A DNA stretch of 64,000 nt from Octopus sinensis (lineage: Eukaryota). Position numbers and translations under genes: made by a program. The DNA lies in contig NC_042998.1 of assembly GCF_006345805.1 (NCBI RefSeq), positions 201,562,001 through 201,626,000 on the forward strand, read 5' to 3'. Of the stretch, positions 11,640-24,641 are shown in pieces; positions within the stretch are counted from its first letter, which is position 1; every line of letters begins with the position of its first letter. The notes below the pieces were generated by a model that was not told the DNA's origin, searched no databases, and worked only from the letters and a program-made list of their open reading frames with translations.

Positions 11640-13460
11640 GAACTACTTGCGTACCCGTTGAGACCTGTAGGTTGGGGCTAAGTTCTTCTTTGTGTGGAGT
11701 TTGTCACGCTTCTTCTTTATTCTGTGGAGTTTGTGTGTTAAGTGTGTTTACGAATGTGGAGGGGCTATCTATGTAGGGAGAGAAGGTTTCATCCCTAATG
11801 TTTAAGATGCTGTCTGTTGGTTGAATAAAATTTGATTTTTCAGTAACGCAAAGTTCACATTTGCTTCCCCATCCTCAGTATCTTTTTGTCTTTAGCAATG
11901 ATTGTCCATTGTATCTGGGGAGGGGGGGTTGCTTATCTCACCGTCTTTCGATGTCAATATTATATTTGATAGGAATGTTCCATGTTTGTAAATTAATTTT
12001 GTCTTTGTCTCTGAATGATGCAGAGGTAAGGCGTATACTTTTCTTTGGGGGAGTTTCCTGTCATTCCGAAATATTTCTTTGGTATACCTATCTCTTTATT
12101 ACCCACAAGGGGCTAAACACAGAGGGAACAAACAAGGGAAGACATAGGTATTTAGTCGATTACATCGATCCCAGTGGGTAACTGGTACTTAATTTATCGA
12201 CCCCGAAAGGATGAAAGGCAAAGTCGACCTCGGCGGAATTTGAACTCCCAACGTAACGCAGACGAAATACCGCTAAGCATTTCGCCCGGCGCGCTAACGT
12301 TGTTGCCAGCTCGCCGCCTTATGGTATACCTTCTTTTGTATACCGTTGGGTTCCGTGACCTTAGCTTTGTAGACGTGTTTTTTTCTGGTGACAGTTGTTG
12401 TTTAGGGGGAAATACTTTGAAGACATGAAGCTGTATGGACTTTCTGAAGTATTTCTGATGTCTTTATGTTTATTGTGATTAGGTATTTTGGAGGAGGCAA
12501 ATGATTTTAACAATGGCTCTGTTAAAGATTTTGTTGTATTTGTTTGAAAGTGGGAAATGTTTTTCTGTTAGTCTTAAGAATTTCCTAGCTATGTTACTAC
12601 CTATATTCATGCTATAAGGCATACAGAACCATAAGACTTTTACTCGTCTGCGTCTTCGTGGTCTATTTGTGATTGGTGGAATGTAATGCATGCTATTCTT
12701 CAAGCTGAAACTTTCTAATGAAGCATTATACTATGGGGTGGCTTTTTACAAATGCGTCTTTTTCGATGGATAAATTGGAGACCAGCTTCCTGATATTATT
12801 GTTAACTCTGTATTTAATTATTGCTATTGGGTGGGTAGAACCTGTGTCTATGTACGATGCTTCCTCCTTTTAATTATGGTAGGGTTTAAATTTACCTGTG
12901 TTAAGGTTCATGTTAATATCTAGGAAGTTGACTCCTTTAAGGTTTGCTCTAGATGGTTAGATATTTTGCACAATTGTTTCCTTATTGTATCCATATCATT
13001 TCCATTTCTAATATGTACTACTCCCAGGCCATCGTCCCTGTATAAACCTATGTTAGCTTTTATTTCTTTTTAAAGGTCATCTACTATACGAGGCCTGCAA
13101 GATTATCTATCTTTTGTTCGAGTGCAGCAAGATGACTGTTTGGTAGTGGGGTCCTTCTAGTTCTGAAGATTCCGGAGTTAACATCCTTATCATCTATGGT
13201 GTTGGTGGGAGTCTCAAGTTCAACCGGTTCATGCTCCCAGTCGCAGTGCTTTCCAACATACCGGTGATTGAACTCAGTAATTTTGTATAATAATACCTTA
13301 CGATAGACACTTTTAGGTATGTCCTTCAGAGATGAGTCAATTTGTATATTCTCCAAATTACCAGTACTGTTCATTTCAGTTGAATGTCTTATTTACGTAG
13401 TTACTATAGTAGTAGCACCTAAATAACGTATGGTATAGGTAAGTTAAGTTACAGGTTATA
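11640..13460 (-). mobile_element. Penelope-like element (RT and GIY-YIG relic), internally deleted and interrupted by a SINE
   Basis: Minus translations: FRTRRTPLPNSHLAALEQKIDNL (N-terminal region), NIGLYRDDGLG (about 13020-13055), KVLWFCMPYSMNIGSNIARKFLRLTEKHFPLSNKYNKIFN (linker), PQIQWTIIAK (GIY-YIG C-terminal part). Confidence 0.8.
12090..12319 (-). mobile_element. SINE family B inserted in the Penelope relic, with TSD
   Basis: Full family B copy; TGGTATACCT repeated at 12080-12089 and 12322-12331. Confidence 0.9.
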
Positions 13461-13929
13461 ACAGCCGTCTAAGGGATACTTGTATCCATTGAATCAACTG
13501 GTGTATTACCATATTTGATCATGGGCATTTGTATTAATGCACACAAATGATACGTAATAACGAAACGGGAGTTTATCAATATTCAAAGAAAACAGAGACT
13601 GGAGATGAAATTGATGAATAACATTTTATTTATCATTTATAAATTAATTTGAAAACGACAGAATCTCAATTTTCAGTTGGCACGATTGCTAGGCTTAACC
13701 ACCACAATAATAATTTTAGTTATCATTGTACGTAAATAATTAGCGAAACTTCCTCAAAGAGGAAGAGTAAAGGAAAAAAAGAAAAAGCTGTTTCTGTTGG
13801 CGTGATTGGCAGGCATAACCAACAGAAACATAACAATAGTAATTGTAAGTAATTAACTATACCAATTTGAATAACGGAATTTCATCAGAGCGAAAAAGTA
13901 AAGAAAAATAAAGTAAAACGAAAAACAAG

Positions 13930-14670
13930 AAAGTGTGAAAGCGGTGATAATCCTACATGTTTTCCAACTGGGAAACTTTCGACCGACTCAGAAGGACAAA
14001 CACAGATTCTTACAGATAGACATTGAAAACTGCTACTCCTCAATTAACACTACTGTCCTAAATAGTGCACTTGTTATTGTTAGAAACCACAGTAAGATTA
14101 GCAAAAATGAAATTAATGTAAACCTCACGGCCCGTAAATTTCTTATCAAATTTGATAATAGATTATGGGCCAGAAGTGATACCCCTAATTGTTTTCATTT
14201 AAAAACAGCGCGCCGGATTCCGCACAGGTGACCGATAGTGTGTTAACCTAGCTATAAGATAACCTAAATAATGAATTCCCGAAATTGGAGTGTACTATAC
14301 AATGATGACAATCTTTCTATAGTAAGAAATAATTCTAACCGACGCCTAGAATTACTTAAGAGGCGCTTGTGTGATTCTTCACTATAGAGAAAGAAAGTAA
14401 TTCGATTAACAATCTTTACGTTAACTGTAACCTAGCAACTGGTCTAAATTAACCTTGCATGAAACCGAACTCCAACCTAGACTATACACATTCTCAAAGT
14501 AATCATCCTAGATCAATCAAAACGGCTCTCATGAAAAATATTAGTAAAGGAATAACTTATGACTCTTCTAATGAGGACATAATAAACACAAGGAACAGTA
14601 CAGCATTGCCTTAAAACGCAGGATATGAAAATAAAATAATATATACCGCACAATAATGACAGGACTAGTA
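13930..14670 (+). mobile_element. Second Penelope-like element, RT fragment
   Basis: RFLQIDIENCYSSINTTVLNSAL...ARKFLIKFDNRLWARSDTPNCF and MKPNSNLDYTHSQSNHPRSIK, typical of the PLE RT palm and thumb; decayed. Confidence 0.75.
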
Positions 14671-14674
14671 TTGG

Positions 14675-14690
14675 TAATAATAATAATAAC

Positions 14691-14754
<64 letters not shown>

Positions 14755-14815
14755 GTAATATAATAATAATAATAACAACAACAACAACAACAACAACAAT
14801 AATAATAATAATAAT
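14675..14815. repeat. (AAT)n/(AAC)n microsatellite
   Basis: Direct reading. Confidence 0.95.
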
Positions 14816-14859
14816 TTCAGTGCGACAATGAGATAGAGAATAGGAAGCTAGACATAGTC

Positions 14860-15225
14860 TTAATTGAGAAATAAGAACGAATTATGCTGGCTCATATGTA
14901 GAGCATCCCCAGCTGACAAGAAGTCATGCGATAAAGAAGAAAGGAAAGTCGATCGCTATGTTTAGCTAGGGAGGTAGAGTAGTTGCGTACGATGAAAAAG
15001 GTGTTAGTGGTACCAATAATTGTGGGAGCCCTAGGGACATTGAGTAAACATCTCAAGAAGTACATGTAACAAATAGGGGCTGCAATGAGGGTGGAGCACT
15101 TGCAAAAAAACAGCGTTGCTGGGAACAGCTCGAATACTCCGGAAGGTAGTAAAAAAAATAACAGTTGCTAACCTATTTCACTTATACTGAATACCTGGAA
15201 CCGTAGTACATCTCCAGCGTTAGGC
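14860..15225 (+). mobile_element. Second R4/Dong-type RLE 3' fragment (different subfamily) between TAA tracts
   Basis: KKVLVVPIIVGALGTLSKHLKKY...QKTALLGTARILRKV (one frameshift in an A run), followed by a UTR and (AAT)n at about 15228-15245. Confidence 0.75.
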
Positions 15226-16211
15226 AATAACAATAATAATAATAATCCATTATCCAAGAGTGTGGTATCATATCGTACGCCTTACGATAGTCGATCCAGG
15301 AAATGGCTAAATAACTTTTCCTCTTCTTGCTGTCTCTAATTACAGTTTTGTCTGTCAGGAGTTGATCCTTAGTACCTCTTCACTTATGCTTGCAACCCTT
15401 CTGCTCATGTGCCAGGACCTTTTTCATCCACATGGCTAGACTCCCCTTGAAAAACCTGAAAGAGGAACGAAATTTCGCTTGCTTGAACATAGGTAAACAT
15501 CTATTCTCTAAATATAACTGAAAGTAGTTAATTTTGCACTCTTCCTCACACATAATATTATCCAATTTTTTTCGCCATAATCCTAGATAAATAGGAACTT
15601 AATTGACTGGTTAATTGACAAGTTAATTAATTAAATTGCTTGATTAATTAATTAATTTCTGCACCCCCTTACTAAACTCAGCAATTATATATCCTTTAAC
15701 GAATACACCATTCCCACCCGTTTGTCCAATAACTTACTTTTACCACTATTCCCCATATAACACACTCATTACTTAATAACTTAATATCACCTTTTCACAC
15801 TCATATAGCTACGTACCTATCATTTTTTCTATATTAATTTAGACATAACTGTATATTCGTGTGTATGTGCGTGTGTATACATCTCTAACGCTAAGGCCAT
15901 ATGTAAATGCAAAAGTACATACATTGATGTACTTGTGTGGAACTATGAGTACCCATATGTGTGCGAAAAGGCGTGGCAAGATAAATATGCACATGCACAT
16001 ATATACACACAACATCCCTAAATTATAAATAGTCCCCTTGACCCCTCTGTTTGTTATCTAATCAAATCTATAACATACTTTGTATTATTTACCTTAATAA
16101 TTTAGTCATTTTCACACTCGTAAAGGTATATATAAATATACAAATATATATATATATGTATGTGTGTGTGTGTGTGCGTGCGTGCATATACAGAACCGTG
16201 CTTCTTTCACT

Positions 16212-16257
<46 letters not shown>

Positions 16258-18325
16258 TATACACATATGTATGTATATATATACATATACGCACATATAC
16301 ATACATTCAGATATATATATAAATTTGATTTAATATTTTTAAATTGATTTTTTCCCTGTAAGTTAGGAATAATATTCACTCAAATTATTATTATTATTAT
16401 TGTTATATATATATATATATATATATATACTTTATTAAAAAGCAGCAAACGTATCACAAAAATTGTTACTCAGAATTTTACTTTCCCGTTCGTCGGACAG
16501 TTTTCGTTTGCATATTTAGATGTCATAACATCGAAAGATATACACCAATAATGCAAATACCGAGGAGCATTCACTCCATATTTTTTACTAGTTATGAGGA
16601 CCTAATTCCGACATAACGTGCCAACTTTTTGCATATAGATTTCAGTTCCAACGTATAGACGTCTGTCAGCATCAAAAAAATCAAGCTATCCAATTTAACA
16701 GAAAAATCATTCGCCTAAACTGTAAGGTTTTCCAAACAATGTTTACTGATAATTCTGTCAGAAAACCTAACATAAATAAAAACTCCACAGAATTCCAAAT
16801 CTAATGCAAGAAAAACTTAGCTCTAGGCGTATATATTAAAACAGCAAATTCATAAGGTGCTAATTATCTGTTATTGAATCTATTAATATCTAATAACTAA
16901 TTATCCCATAGTAATATTAATCGATGTGCTTCCGAGAATATTCTGCGTACGGAAACCTACTCACTTGGTATTGGTTAAACCGAAGCTATAGTAATATATA
17001 CGCATTCGGTCGTTAATCTTATTGTTGCTCATAGAACGAAATCAGTAACTTGTGTTGTATTTCTTATATTTTTAAAGAAAATCATAACATTGTTTCTTCA
17101 AGTAGTAGTAGCAGCAGCAGCAGTACCAACTTTAACAACAACGTATTTTTGTTACATCAAAACCATTTGATTTGGGACAGTAGCCTCCTCTAGTCATTTT
17201 CGGACTCACACACTTTGTCAAATTTTAACATCCAGTTGATCCGATGGCAACAACTATAAAGATTTCTATTGGAATATATTTTACCAATGCAATTTCATTT
17301 GTCATTAATGCAAGGCATAATCGTTTGTATCGCTATTAAACCTAGAATAAATGATTTCTATATATATATATAACATTCGCAAAAATGACACAGTGTAACA
17401 AACAATAAAAATGTAATCGTACGACAATAACTTCCTGATTGAAATGATACTGTTATACTTATTGAGGCAAGCATGCGATGACAGAAAAATCACTGACTAC
17501 TGAAGCATAAATAATGCATTGTTACGATAGTCATCGTTACTGTTAACCATTAGATTTCATTTATCGCAATTATAGCAAGTTGATTTTTTTAAACTACATT
17601 TTTTTATCTTCGTTTAGTTTGAATTTGGTTTCAAAGTAATCAGATAGAGTGAGACTTCATGCATTGCAATATTAAAATAGAGTCTGGATAAAATAAAATC
17701 ATAGAAGTAATGTTACTCAAAATCATATTTGTTGCGCTAAATGTAAAAGAAAATGCTTTTGTGTCGCATTCTGTGTAATGATTCAAGACAGGATAAAAAT
17801 CTTAACGCATTACTTAAAAACAAAGGAAATGGTGGTGGTGGGGAGTAGGAGAAAATACATTAACTTGAATGAACTTGACATTAGCTTTAACAAGTGATTG
17901 GAATTAAAGGACAGCCTGGGGTGGCTGCTATAGCAGCTCACTTGAGCAGTAAAACAGTTTTCCACGATTCGCTCTGATACAAAGGACACAGAACGCGAAG
18001 AATATCTGCATTCTGTAATATTTTGTGAAACATTTCTTTTAACAACACTGCTAAACCTTGTCATGGAATGATTTCTTATAATATTTTCTGTTTCTTTTTT
18101 CTCTTCTTTTGCTTATCAAATCATGACTTTTTTTCTAAAATGTCAGTTCATGTGAGATGATTACTAATGTAGTACAGGTGTGATTCATATCACGCTTCCC
18201 AATTCTGTTAATGCGGGTTTTAATATGTATTAATTCTAACTGAAAATATAAGCATAATCTTATATGTATGTGTGTGTGTCTGTGCATGGAATATAGGTGT
18301 GAGTATGCGTGTGTGTTTATAACTT

Positions 18326-18368
<43 letters not shown>

Positions 18369-18392
18369 GTATGTATTCATGCACACACATAC

Positions 18393-18423
<31 letters not shown>

Positions 18424-20553
18424 TTCATGCACACAGACATACATATATTCACACTTTCGTACATATGCGTTTCCTTCGAGCAATAACAACATAGCCACAA
18501 GCTATTGCGTAAACTGGAATTAAAATATGAATGGAATAACTTAATGGCAGTTAATTATTTTTGTTTCCTATTGTGCTTTTCGTGTTTTGTTTTGTCATTT
18601 ATGCTTTTGGGAAGAGGAATTTTATTTTCTTATTTTTCAATTACGATGCCATATCTTTAGGGGAATCTTTTAAAGTTTTCTGAGGAAATAATGAGAAAAT
18701 TAACAATAAAAATATAGATAACAGGAGGTTCGGATTGTATCACCCACTCTAAAATAAAAGCGCTGTTAGAGCTTCTGTTTTTATGTTTAAAGCCAAAGTT
18801 AGTTCGAACTTGCTCGTTTCAGCGGCTTTGACAATAGGTTTAAGGTATGAATATATTCCATTGCACAACTACTAAGAGCAATATAAAGACATTAAGTTAA
18901 TGAAAGGTGTTTAAAACACGAGGCTGCAAACAAAATATTCTATGTTGAAATGTTTAGTTTTAATAAGTGCTAACATTGCAAGTGGCAATTCAAAACGAAA
19001 TGTCACGAGAAACACAAGTCAACTCCCGTATGATATTCATATACACACAAAAAAATATAGAAACTGTAGTGTGTTTTATTAATACCTTTACTCATTGAAA
19101 TAGTTGATGAAATAGGTGAGTTTTCCACAGGAAGGTTAGTGAAATTTAAACTAATTTACATAATTTAAACATACCTATTTTACACATACTTAAGGGTTTA
19201 AAAACAAAAAAAAATATTGTTTATCGTATTGAACGTTGATAAAGTTATATAAGGGAGTGATGATTGGGGTGGCATCTTAAGTGGTGTTCCAGGGAAATGC
19301 GGACTGGTTTAGGAACCCGAGGATGTACCTCATGAAATACGTGTTGCCAAGTAATAATGCAGTAGGTATATAAAATAAAAATAAAAATTATTTTGATTTG
19401 GTGAGATGTAGAGGTCTACTATCTCTAAATTAAAATACATTTCTTTATTGAGAATAATTTGAACCTCTGTTATGCCTGAATTTTTATTCCCTAACAATTA
19501 AAATTTAAATAATATATATATATATATGTATGTATGTATGTATGCATGTATGTATGTATGCATGTATGTATGTATGGGCTTTACTGTATAGGGGAAAGTT
19601 ATATATACAATAAATGCAATTGTATGCATCGCATATTGTCATGCACATTTAGTGCTTGTGTATTACGTGACGAACTATTCTAGCATCACGGTGATTGTTT
19701 TGAAAAACACCATGCACATTTTTTTCATAGTTTTTTTTTAATCGCATATTCACTTAAATATAATGTCAAGTAATAATATGTAAACGGTGTTCCTCATATG
19801 CTTTTTTTGTTTCGTTGTAATTCTATAAAAAAAAATACTGTTTATCGATTATCGGTCCGGATAGGATGGACATATTGAATGCTAGCAATTCAAATCTATT
19901 ATGCAAAACAACATATATTTACAAAATTATTATTCTTGCTTGTTTTTTGTTTTATATACAAAAAACAAATAATTTTAACTGTAAAGGAACAAAAACGATT
20001 TTATTGCAAATAATTCTGAAAGGATGTGTGTTGGCGTTATTTTAAACTATCATTTGTTTAAAAGGATAAATTATGATATCTTTGGTGATCAATGACTAAT
20101 TCAAAGCAGGAAACATACACAAAAGTGTAAGATGTTGTGTACGTCTTCATTATTTCTCATTTGGACAACAATGAAATCGTGGAATGTACTAAATATCTGT
20201 TCTACCGTTGTATATGCACTCTACTACTTTCAAACAATTACAATATTCCATTAGTTGTATATATTTCAAGGATTCTGCAAACAACAAACGATATAAGAAA
20301 GTAATGAAAACGTCAGGTAATGAATATTGTTTCGTTAAATGTATGGAACATAATGTGGCAGAGCAATATAACGGGATACATGTAGAGCAAACGATAATGC
20401 GGTCGTCGCAAATGCAGTAGGTATGACTTCCGGGAACACAAAGAAAATCCGCGAGTGTGCCATAACTGTTTGTCTTTGGGGCGATATATATTCCTCTCTC
20501 TTCTCCCTTTCTTTGTCTCTTTTTTGTCTTCTTCTATCTTTCCATCTCCAATA

Positions 20554-20953
20554 ATTCTTGGATCTAAACATAGATGAGACAAACAAGGACATACAAAGGG
20601 ATTAAGTCGATTGCATCGACCCCAGTGCGTAACTGGTACTTAATTTATCGACCCCGAAAGGATGAAAGGTAAAGTCAACCGCGGTGGAATTTGAACTCAG
20701 AACGTAGATGCAGACGAATTACCTATTTCTTTATTACCCACAAGGGGCTAAACACAGAGGGGACAAACAAGGTCAGACAAACGGATTAAGTCGATTACAT
20801 CGACCCCAGTGCGTAACTGGTACTTAATTTATCGATCCCGAAAGGATTAAAGGCAAAGTCGACCGCGGCGGAATTTGAACTCGCAACGCAACGGGAGACG
20901 AAATACCACTAAGGATTGCGCCCGGCGTGCTAACGTTTCTGCCAGCTCACCGC
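20554..20953 (-). mobile_element. Dimeric family B SINE bounded by a single 16-bp TSD
   Basis: Full monomer (about 20720-20953) followed by a head-truncated monomer. CTTTCCATCTCCAATA occurs at 20538-20553 and 20954-20969. Confidence 0.85.
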
Positions 20954-21295
20954 CTTTCCATCTCCAATACTTACTTTTGCGTTGCTTCTGTTCCTCTGAC
21001 ATCCACTACTCTTTCTCTTTCCTCCCACTTCCACAAAGCCGTGGCCATTCACATCTTTCTCATCCACTTCAACTTTCACCTTACTGTTGATTCGGTCAGT
21101 TACGCCTCTGTCAGCTGCACTACTCCTTTTACACGGTTTGTTTACTATACCTTGTGTCATGACATTCTCTGTCACTTTCTCGTTTCGAATCCTACAGGAC
21201 ATCTTCCTTTCGTCTACACGATCGTTCGGACTTTGAGTAACGAAGAATTAGACACGAATTTTCCGTTGGTTGTGTTTTTGTCAAATTCTTTGAAT

Positions 21296-21783
21296 ACATA
21301 TGTGTATATATGTGGGTTTGTGTGTGTGCGTGTCTGTGTGCGTGCGTGTGTGTGCGTGGGGTGTGTATGTGTTTGTGTTTGTGTGTGTATGTGTGTGTGT
21401 TTGTGTGTGTATGTGTGTGTTTGTGTGTGTGTTTGTGTGTGTTTGTGTGTGTGGGTTTGTGTATGTGCGTGTCTGTGTGCGTGCGTGTGTGTGCGTGGGC
21501 TGTGTATGTGTTTATGTTTGTGTGTGTATGTGTGTGTGGTTTGTGTGTGTATGTGTGGTTTGTGTGTGTGTGTTTGTGTGTGTTTGTGTGTGTGGGTTGT
21601 GTATGTGCGTGTCTGTGTGCGTGCGTGTGTGTGCGTGGGGTGTGTATGTGTTTATGTTTGTGTGTGTATGTGTGTGTGTTTGTGTGTGTATGTGTGTGTG
21701 TTTGTGTGTGTATGTGTGTGCGTGTGTTTGTGTGTGTGTGTGTGTGGTGTGTGTGTGTGTGTGTTGTGTTTGTGTGTGTGTTC
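21296..21783. repeat. GT-rich compound microsatellite with a ~140-bp higher-order period
   Basis: The marker GCGTGTCTGTGTGCGTGCGTGTGTGTGCGTGGG recurs at about 21328, 21467 and 21607. Confidence 0.85.
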
Positions 21784-23140
21784 ATATTAGATAGAGAACC
21801 TCAACTAGAAATTAATACGTAACTCATTTTATTTAGCTTCTGCAGGATTGGATTTCTGTCCAGTTCGTACAAAGGGGTATTTTGAGAGACGAGGATTTAA
21901 AACAAAACGCATTCGCGAGGCTTCTGCTGATCTAATTTTCTTCAGATTTTGACAAAAAACGAAATCAGAAATTAGCTACTGAAAACATGACAGCAGCTGT
22001 GTGAAAAGAAGACAGGCAACATGCGTCAAAAATACCGCGTTGCTTAAGACGGATCTTAATTAATCAAAACGTTAACGAAGTCTAACTTCCTGGGATATAT
22101 CACGTGATGTGGAAACAAATAATTAGACTAATAAAGAAACAATTAGAAAAATTCGAAACGAAGTTTTAAAGAAGCAAGTATACAAACATACCACTGGTAA
22201 TTTCATTATGATATAGTAAACATGATATAATACCACACATGGAAACGAACTGGAGAGAGAATTTCAAAGAATGAACAAGGAAGTTCATTGTAAAATGAAA
22301 TATAACCTACACAGTTAATCAGCAAGTCAACGAGGATTAAAGGTAAAGAACAAAAGTAAAGTGAAATTAAATAATCAATCTAAAAAGACTGAGAACAAAA
22401 ATAAGGGAGGTAGGATTTGAGAAAGATGGAGAGGAGAATAGAAGAGTACTTTTGATTAATTAATGAAAACCTTAGATAAAGATATTCCCTTTTAAGAGAC
22501 ATGTTATTTGAGCAACAGTTTACTCATTTGCAAGTGTACCACAAAGAGACAGCAAAGCGTAATTCGATGTTACTGTTGAAATTAATCATGAATGAAACAT
22601 CTTAAACGATAAAATCTGTTACGTGTGTTAAGAAGAGTTACATTGACTCTATATAAATAAATAATATTTGTCCCTACACAACATCAATTCATTTTCCAAT
22701 TAACACAACTCAAAATATACAAACAAGCAAAACTGCATGCATATAATTAATATACACATACAATCCATAAAACTATAACACACCTGCACGCCCTCAAAGG
22801 CGTACACATGCACTCTGTTACAAGCGAACACATTTCGTAGTAGCTGATCATTCATTACATTGTCTTCCACGTTTTCTCGCACGATATTTTTAGCGGAAAT
22901 GCTTTTGGTTTTATCGATAACACCTTACGCGTAATTCTGCAACGCGATAGGATTTTTCAAATTCCAGTTGTTTTAGCTATTGAATGCGCTTCCGTTTGTA
23001 CAACCAGAAATACATACATACATACATTATTATACACACACACATACACACAGACACACACATATATATACATATATATCAATATATATATATATATATG
23101 TAAATTTCTGTACTGTATGTATAAAGATATGTATATATAT

Positions 23141-23171
<31 letters not shown>

Positions 23172-23303
23172 TTACAGAAAATGTGTCGTTTAATTTTGCA
23201 ATTACGTAATCATTGTTATATGTTTTATCTTATATTTAATCTTTTTATAATATGTAATTTTTCTAAATTGTATAATTTTATTTTCATTATTGAATTGATA
23301 TAT

Positions 23304-23338
<35 letters not shown>

Positions 23339-24077
23339 CTCACACACGTATGCACACACACACATATGTGTGTGTGTGTCTGTGTGTATGCATGTATGTG
23401 TGTGGGTGTGGGTATTTTTGTTTGAGTGTAGATATATAATTCTTACGTGTAGAAAGAGAGACACACACAAACACAGGCATATAATCATTCGCACATTTGA
23501 TAGTAACTGTTTATGTGTGAATGAGCAGGAATGAAGCAAAACGCACCAGTTGTTGAGGACGGTATTAGCTATTGAGAATTTAGGTAGTCACAAGGCTAAT
23601 TGTTTCTTTACAACACCAACAAATTTCCTCTATTTTCGTCAGCATCAGATGTTTTGTGTAACATATCAACAGATTAATGGCAGTTTTACATAAGGAATCC
23701 CTTTGTGTAACATAGATCCCATTTTCCAATTTTTTTCTGCCACTCAATTTGCTTCCGTTTGACAATGAATTACTATAATTCCGTGCAAATCTCAGATATA
23801 ATTAGAAAATTTTGTTATTTTCCGTTTTAATGCATCTAAAGTTGAACGTATGCATCAATGACCACTAATTCAATTATCTTTTTATCAATCTATGTAGGAT
23901 ATCCTTTCGACATCAATCTCTCTGATTAATACATGATTTCCGCGATATTACATGATTTATTCAAAGGTTTTGTGTCCCCTATATACATGTTAGATATTGT
24001 GTTACTTGCACTCTTTGGAAGTTCACATTAGAGATGGGACTGTAAATAATACAGTCCTGTATTTAAGAGATGGGGAC

Positions 24078-24221
24078 TTATTTACATTATTTAGATTTGA
24101 CGGACATTTGTCCTCATCTTGCTTTTGTTAAAACAACGTTTCGCTGATATACCCTCCAGCGTTAATCAGGTGTATTGGGGAAATTCTGAACCTGGGTTCT
24201 CATTCCTCGGGTATTTTTCGA

Positions 24222-24223
<2 letters not shown>
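24078..24223 (-). mobile_element. Hammerhead-bearing short repeat (family H1), left arm
   Basis: Reverse complement of 24544-24690 with roughly 15% divergence; degenerate core CTGATTA...GAAACGTT at 24130-24175. Confidence 0.75.
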
Positions 24224-24261
<38 letters not shown>

Positions 24262-24264
<3 letters not shown>

Positions 24265-24416
24265 TAGTTTTATTTTTATAGCGTGCTTTCACTTCACTAC
24301 CGAGCGCAGCTCTGTGTGCCTTGGGTATGTGCTGTGATTTGTTGTGATGCTCTGATGGTTATTGTATGGAAAGTGTTCTGCGTAGGATGTGTGCAGTGCC
24401 TAGTAGTGCAATTTTC
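24262..24416 (-). mobile_element. R4/Dong 3' end (155 bp), tail pointing left into (TTA)n at 24224-24261
   Basis: Identical by eye to the last ~155 bp of the element at 1230-1895. Confidence 0.9.
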
Positions 24417-24453
24417 GGTAGTGAAGTGAAAGCACGCTATAAAAATAAAACTA

Positions 24454-24456
<3 letters not shown>
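24417..24456 (+). mobile_element. R4/Dong terminal 40 bp, tail pointing right into (AAT)n at 24457-24543
   Basis: GGTAGTGAAGTGAAAGCACGCTATAAAAATAAAACTACTG is identical to about 1854-1893. Confidence 0.9.
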
Positions 24457-24496
<40 letters not shown>

Positions 24497-24510
24497 TAAT
24501 AATAATAATA

Positions 24511-24545
<35 letters not shown>

Positions 24546-24595
24546 GCATCGAAAAAAACTTTAGGAATGAGAACCCAGGTTTGAAATTTCCTCAA

Positions 24596-24641
24596 GACTC
24601 CTGATGAAGGCTGGAGGGTATATCAGCCGAAACGTTGTGTT
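24596..24641 (+). ncRNA. Minimal type I hammerhead-ribozyme-like motif
   Basis: GACTC-CTGATGA-A-GGCTG-gagggtatat-CAGCC-GAAA-CGTT-GTGTT. Intact core and 5-bp stem II; palindromic AACGTT in place of stem III (dimer type); stem I has one mismatch. Confidence 0.6.

Noticed and set aside
15340-15480. Apparent AG/GT-bounded exon on the minus strand
   Set aside because: All three frames contain stops and there is no recognisable homology.
16461-16503. Minus-strand CTGT-CCGACGA-ACGGGAAAGT-AAAA hammerhead-like string
   Set aside because: Too many core and stem changes to support from one copy.
20927-21822. Long ORFs (164-287 aa) rich in V/C or T/H
   Set aside because: Translations of the GT/CA microsatellite; the same applies to the YI-rich ORFs over (TA)n arrays.
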